64,000 nt of DNA from the NCBI GenBank assembly GCA_951406725.2, contig OX597837.1, positions 10,540,001-10,604,000 of the forward strand, given 5' to 3'. The stretch is from Octopus vulgaris (lineage: Eukaryota). This document shows, one piece after another, positions 57,462 through 64,000 of the stretch (its first letter is position 1; each line of letters begins with the position of its first letter). Below the pieces are notes generated by a model. The model made no database searches, was not told the origin of the DNA, and was given only the letters and a program-made list of their open reading frames with translations. Both the position numbers and the translations under genes were made by a program.

Positions 57462-57915
57462 AACCCTTGCTGGAAGCGACTTCGATGGCATCGAGGCTAC
57501 CTTAATCTATAATCCGGCAAAGTTATTTTTGATACGGGGTTTGATACTTGAGCCAGTTCTGTTACCAAGTCTCATCCGTGACGTGGCTCAACGCCTATGA
57601 AAACGAGCAGTTTTATTTCTATACGGGTGACTTCACGGTTTTTGCAACAGTAAGATCGAAAGGAGAAACCCATGAGGTAGGAACTAGCTTCAATTATATT
57701 GTTTGGATGAAAGCCGGGGTTGACAATTTGGAAAGCAAACACCTGAGACGTGAAATATATAAAGTTATGGTTCTGCCAAAGAAGGTAAGATCTATCTTTG
57801 AAAACGATGGTATGTCTATGAAAAAGAAACTAGCTTTTATTTCTGCGGGCAGCCATTGACACCAGGCAGGTGAGAAGCGAGATCAAAATAAATTGCAATC
57901 GTTTGTAAAAGATTT

Positions 57916-58597
57916 CGCCTACACTAAACATGGACGTTACCAACACCACCACCATCACCACAACCACCACCACCGCCTACACTAAACATGAATATTACCA
58001 ACACCGCCACCAACACCAACACCACCAACCACCACCACCACAACCAACACACAACCACCACCACCACAACCAACACCACAACCACCACCACCACCACCAC
58101 AACTACCACCACCACCACCACCGCCTACACTTAACATGAACATTACCAACACTGCCACCATCACCACAACCACCACCACCACCATCACCACAACCACCAC
58201 CACCACCACCACCACCACCACCACCACCACCGCCTAAACATGAACATTACCAACACTGCCACCATCACCACAACCACCACCACCACCATCACCACAACCA
58301 CCACCACCACAACCACCACCACACCACCACCACAACCACCACCACCACCACCGCCTACACTAAACATGAATATTACCAACACCGCCACCACCACCATCAC
58401 CACCACCACCACCACCGCCTACACTAAACATGAACATTACCAACACCACCACCACCACCACAACCACCACCACCACCACCACCACAACCATCACCACCGC
58501 CAACACTAAACATGAACATTACCAACACCACCACCACCACCACCACAACCACCACCACCACCACCACCACTACCGCCTACACTAAACATGAACATTA
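57916..58597. repeat. Minisatellite: cgcctacactaaacatgaacattaccaacac units alternating with (ACC)n
   Basis: Eight units, near 57916, 57973, 58122, 58231, 58352, 58416, 58498 and 58575. Confidence 0.88.
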
Positions 58598-58753
58598 GTG
58601 CTACGAACAACCGCAATCTGAACAAAGACAGAAAAGCCATCGTTTATGCAACACAAACCTGAAACATTCCGGAACAGACCTGTCTAGGATGGACATAAGT
58701 GTCACAAAACTCATGAAACAAAAATGGCCTAAGGTTTAGGGCAGCTGATAATA

Positions 58754-58990
58754 GGCGCATGCGTGGCTGTGTGGTCACGAGTTTGCTTCCGAACCACGTG
58801 ATTCCAGGATTCAGTCCCATCACGTGGAATATGTCTTCTGTTATAGCCTCGGGTCGACCAAAGACTTCTGAGTGGATTTGTTAGACGGAACGGACTCTCA
58901 GAGTAAATCTTTTATTCATATAATTTTCCACAAGGGCATTACATAGAAGGGGAGCTCAAAGTACGTCTCATATATGTGTATGTGTGTGTG

Positions 58991-59057
<67 letters not shown>

Positions 59058-59270
59058 CTGTGTTTGTGTGGGTATGTCTTTGTGTCTGTATTTGTCCCCC
59101 ACGATTGCTCGACAACCGGCGTTAGCGTGTTTACATCTCGTGACCTAGCGGTTCAGCAAAGAGAACGAGGGAATAACTACCAGTCGTAAAAGATTATCAC
59201 ATAATACTGGGGTTGATTTACCGGCTAAGAAACCCTTGAAAGCGTTGAACCCCCAGCTTTGCCGCAGTCC
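58754..59270 (+). mobile_element. SINE family A, diverged
   Basis: ggcgcatgcgtggctgtgtgg head, body, internal (TG)n and degenerate tail. Confidence 0.75.
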
Positions 59271-60045
59271 TATCAGTACAAGAGAGGCATTTGAATCAAA
59301 ATTATCAAATGCGTTTTTTTAAGCACGATTAGTGTATGATTTCAAGGAAATTTATTAACCAATTTAGAGGGTCTCTAGTTGGTTTGAGATTTATAAGAGT
59401 TTATAAGAACAAAATGATTATCTCCCTTTACTAACTCTCCGCTAGGAGACAATACATAATAACAAAATGGCTTCTATTAGTTTCCGGTATTGAATAGCTG
59501 ACGAGTTTCTTTCATGGAGGGAAAACAATTACAAAATCTGGTTGTCAATGTTAATAATTTTCAATATCTGTGGACATTGATGTCTCGAGTCCTGCGATTA
59601 GCTACTGTCCTTCCATGGTGTACAGGTGACTTAGATCACACCATTCTCATCTGAACGAAACGCCAGTTGGTCTCAGAGTTCACTACTTGCAGCCGAGTAG
59701 ACTGAGGTAACGTGAAACAAAGTGTTTTAGTTCAAGATCACAACATACAATCGGAATCTCCATCTCTCTCTCCCTCTCTTTCTCTCTCTCGTCTTTCTGT
59801 CTCCCTTTGTCTGTCTGTCGCTTTCCCTCTCTTTTTCTCTCTCTCTCGTGTCTCTTTCTTTCTCTGTATCTGTCTCTCTTTCCCTCTCTCTCCCTCCCTC
59901 TCGCCCTCTTTCTCTCTTATCCATATGTTCCTTTTTCCCTGTCTGTCTGTCCATCTCTATCTATCTGTCTGTCTCTCTCTCTCTCTATCTGTCTATCTAT
60001 CTAGCTATCTATCACTCTGTTAGTCCGTCTGTGTCTATCTACCTG

Positions 60046-60147
<102 letters not shown>

Positions 60148-60989
60148 CCTAGTTATCTATCACTGTTTGTCCGTCTGTGTCTCTGTCTGTTTGTGCCTAT
60201 CTGTACAACCTGGGAATCGAGACCACGACCTTGTGGTCTTGGGTGCAACACATTAGCTGCTTGGCCACGCACCGTCACCCCTCTTTCTGAGATGCTAATG
60301 GAAATTAGAACAGCAGACATCCTCTGCCTCGTTCGTTGTTTTTAGCGGCAAAAATTCTAACGAGAGCAGAAACTGACGTCCCAGCAACCGTTTCTTGGCA
60401 GAGTAAAATATTTATGACAGCAAAAAGAAAATAGTCGTCCATTTTACAGGTTTTTAGTGTGAAAAACTTTAATTATTGATCGATTAACGGCGCCGTTATT
60501 AAGTATTACAGCTGATTGAGAGATTGATTGATTGATTGATTGATTGGCTGATGGAGGCAGGTAGACGTGGAAGTTCACAAAATTACCACCGCCGCAACCA
60601 CCACCTATACTAACACCAACAGCATTACCACCACCATTACCACCACCACCAACAACAACAACACAAACAACAGCAACAATTGTCTTATTAGTGCCCCCTT
60701 AAAAGACCAATACTAACGATTGTAAATGGAAATAGCAACTCATCAACACTATGAACATCATCAACATTATCAACACCACAACCACTACCACCATCACCAC
60801 TACCATAACCAAACATCAACATTATCAACATCACCACCATCACGACAACCACCACCACCACCAGCCGTTCGATTTGCTTCAGGCCCGCACAGTAGGATCG
60901 AATTCGAAACTACATGGCGACAAAGCGATCTTCTTAACAACACAACTTAACAAGAAAAAAACAAAACAAAAAAAGATAAACATCATCCC

Positions 60990-61370
60990 TACCACTACCA
61001 CCACAACCACTACCACTACCACCACTACCACTACCACCACCACCACCACAACCACCACCACCACAACCACTACCACTACCACCACCACCACCACCACAAC
61101 CACCACCACCACAACCACTACCACTACCACCACCACCACCACCACCACCACCACCACCACCACCACAACCACCACCACCACCACCACCACCACACCACCA
61201 CCACTACCACCACCACCACCACCACCACCACCACCACCACAACCACTACCACCACCACCACCACCACCACCACCACCACTACCACCACAACCACCACCAC
61301 TACCACCACAACCACTACCACTACCACCACCACCACCACCCACCACCACCACCACCACCACCACCACCAT
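60990..61370. repeat. (ACC)n-type microsatellite
   Basis: Directly visible; source of the poly-T/P/G/V ORFs. Confidence 0.95.
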
Positions 61371-61496
61371 CATCTCTATCATAACGACGACTGTGACCTG
61401 GCTCTTCTCTCAACACGCTTTCTCTTGCATTTTACCACCAATTACTCACCGCCATTTAATCTGTTCATTCTCACCGTGACCTCAACCCGCTTTCCC

Positions 61497-61557
<61 letters not shown>

Positions 61558-61789
61558 TCCCTCATTCCCCGCCCACCTCGCTTTTTATCTTCGACTTTTC
61601 CTCTATCTCTGTATTTTGTCTGTCTCTCTATGACTATCTCAATCTCTGGCTCTCACCCCCTGTTTCAAACCTTGTCCCCATTCTTTGTGCCCCTCTCTAC
61701 CTGTTTATCTCACCTTCTCATCTCTCATCCTCCCTCTTCTATCCACCCCACCTTATTTTTCTTCAGTTTAGTAGGAAGTCTCCCTCTTC

Positions 61790-61958
61790 CACAAACACTG
61801 AGAGTGTTTACGCCACCGTAATCTAGCAGTTCGGCAAAATGAACCGATAGAATAAGTACCAGACTTTAAAAAATAAGTACTGGGGCCGATTCATTCGACT
61901 AAAATTCCAAGACGGTGCCCCAGCATGGCCACAGTTTAATGACTGAAACAAGTAAAAG
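61790..61958 (+). mobile_element. SINE A 3' half
   Basis: gtgtttacg...ttcggcaaaa...cggtgccccagcatggccacagtttaatgactgaaacaagtaaaag. Confidence 0.8.
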
Positions 61959-61964
61959 ATGACA

Positions 61965-62404
61965 CATAGGATGTTTAAAAAGTCTCTCTGCCGTAAGTAT
62001 TTTATTGCAAAATTAATATTTCTAAGATGGTATAAGACTACAGAAGAATATATTAGACTTTACAAAACTTTAAAAAACTTTAAAAGACTTAAAAAAAAGT
62101 ATCGTCCTTCATTTTCCATACATAAGTTGACTCTTCTACCCATGTTTTGAAATACATCTTGGAGAGTCTGATGCAGTATGGACCGTGTGAAGGTTATGAT
62201 GGCGTCTTTTAGCTCATTAATGGTTTTCGGACGATTCTTGTACACTGATCCTTTACTTGCTCTCCAGAAAAAAAAACCAGTCTGGCGGTGTTAAATCGGG
62301 TAATCTTGGTGGCCAAAGTCCCTTCGAAATAATCCATTCACCGAAAAACTCTTGAAGTAGCACCATGGTGATGCGCCAAGTATATGCTGTAGCTCCATCT
62401 TGCT
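61965..62404 (-). mobile_element. Tc1/mariner-superfamily transposase 3' relic
   Basis: Minus strand QQDGATAYT...EFFGEWIISKGLWPPRLPDLTPPD...VYKNRPKTINELKDAII; degenerate TIR near 61965. Confidence 0.8.
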
Positions 62405-62426
62405 AAAAGTATACACATATATATAT

Positions 62427-62533
<107 letters not shown>

Positions 62534-63544
62534 TATATAAATTCAAATACAGTAGTTCGTTTCCTTCTATTTTCCTGGTACAGTTCTCGAGCAACACTCT
62601 TAGTCAGGCATTATTTACCCTCTTGTACTTGTTGGTATTGTCGTTATTGTACTGTAACAAGTCTTCATGCAGCAAATATCAGTAATGTAAATATCAGCTG
62701 CTCTTGTCAAGACAAGGTCCCTTCCAATATCTCGCATCACATTCATAGACGTAGAGCCAGTTAAGCATTCACCGACATCTAATTTCTGATATCAGAAACC
62801 CTTGAATTGCCCACGTTGAGAATGTTGAGAATAGTGGTGACATAATAGAGCAAGCATAACACTTACATATGGTATTGAGAGGAATTATTAGGGACTTGCC
62901 ACAAATACGTTTAATGTAAGATACTACTGACATATATACTCGTTCAGGTCGAGTGACAGTGATAGTTATATATCTTTCTAACATTACGTTTTAAAATGTA
63001 TGCTTAACGGAATTGGAAGTGTCTCCGTAACTTGCAACATCGCAGAGTAATCCCATACACCAACGAGATTAGAAACTTCAAATTCTTATTCATTCAGAGA
63101 TTCCAGATGCTGAAACAGACACCAAGATTGCTAAACAGAAGATAAGAGATCTAATGCCACCGTCAGTGATTCTTTTCATTGATTTTTGCTAGTTTTTTTT
63201 TGTTTTTTTTTTCTTTTTCTTTTTTTCTTTTTTCTTTTTTGGTGGGGATACCGTTCGTTTTGTTTGTTTAGTTTAAATGCTGTTTAAACATGTTTGCGCT
63301 ATTCAGGCTTGCGTTAACTCCAAAACACGGAGCATATCTTTCTAATAATTACGAGGTGAATATCTTGAGATGCGTAAATGTCTGAAGTCAAAAGTTTCGT
63401 TGACCCCAGATGATGGAATTGATCCGCAAAGAAGCTTCTGCTTATAATAGTGGAACAAAACTCAAATTAACCCTTTTTTTTAATAAGATAATCCCGTTAG
63501 TAATTACTTTCTTCACAGAACTTCTTACAGATTTCGGCTTATTC

Positions 63545-63707
63545 CAAAATATTGGCATACGGCCGGTAATTTTGGTGGAGGAAGCAAGTCGATTACATCG
63601 ACCCCAGTACGCAACTGGTACTTCTTTTATCGATTTCAACGTCGTTTGAACTCAGAGAAAATGCCCCTTCTGCCAGCTCACCACGCTAATAACAATGACA
63701 GCAACAC

Positions 63708-63739
<32 letters not shown>

Positions 63740-63925
63740 TATAATATTATATAATATTATAATATATTATTATTATTATTATTATTATTATTACAAGCTT
63801 TGACACAAGACCTATTTCGGAGGAGAGGGCTAGTCGACTATATCGGCCCCAGTACTCAACTGGTCTCAAAGTCATCGACTAGTCCTCTCCCCACAAATTT
63901 CAGGTTTTGTGGCTATAAGAGATAG
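63545..63925. mobile_element. SINE C fragments within (ATT)n/(AAT)n tracts
   Basis: gtcgattacatcgaccccagtacgcaactggtact and related motifs. Confidence 0.65.
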
Positions 63926-63926
63926 G

Positions 63927-63985
<59 letters not shown>

Positions 63986-64000
63986 CATTATTGATTTGAC

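Noticed and set aside
57548-57859. 103-aa unique ORF followed by a CAG|GTGAG donor-like site
   Set aside because: No recognisable domain, non-ATG start and no acceptor support
60751-61479. 242-aa Thr/Pro-rich ORF resembling a mucin or extensin
   Set aside because: Pure (ACC)n microsatellite with no unique domain or splice support
62600-62780. Possible APE endonuclease N-terminus (DICCMKT) on the minus strand
   Set aside because: A single weak motif only

Overview
Eukaryotic, AT-rich, repeat-dominated DNA, most likely intergenic or intronic octopus (cephalopod) sequence. The taxon is inferred from the SINE families and microsatellite load, not proven. No host protein-coding gene, rRNA, true tRNA or CRISPR array can be supported; most ORFs in the track are translations of (TA)n/(CA)n/(CATA)n/(GATA)n/(GTA)n/(ACC)n tracts. 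Supported content: three tRNA-derived SINE families (called A, B, C here); LINE fragments (CR1-group, including one young 5'-truncated copy at 43122-43958, RTE, a YADD-containing RT piece and a probable HERO-type RLE piece); three Tc1/mariner relics; and hAT-, piggyBac- and 6-bp-TSD MITEs. Three signals stand out. (i) About eight short-stem-III type I hammerhead ribozyme motifs from several sequence families sit in short modules between (TA)n tracts; three cluster at 30.9-32.0 kb, and a further decayed motif follows a possible GIY-YIG remnant, pointing to Penelope-like/retrozyme-like elements. (ii) A covarying 3' stem-loop (CATGGCC-5-bp hairpin-AAAC) is shared by the CR1-group LINE, SINE A and several ~55-bp inserts. 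(iii) Inverted duplications centred on microsatellites recur, and one long palindrome breaks at a hammerhead half-site. All structure and family calls were made by eye and need computational confirmation.
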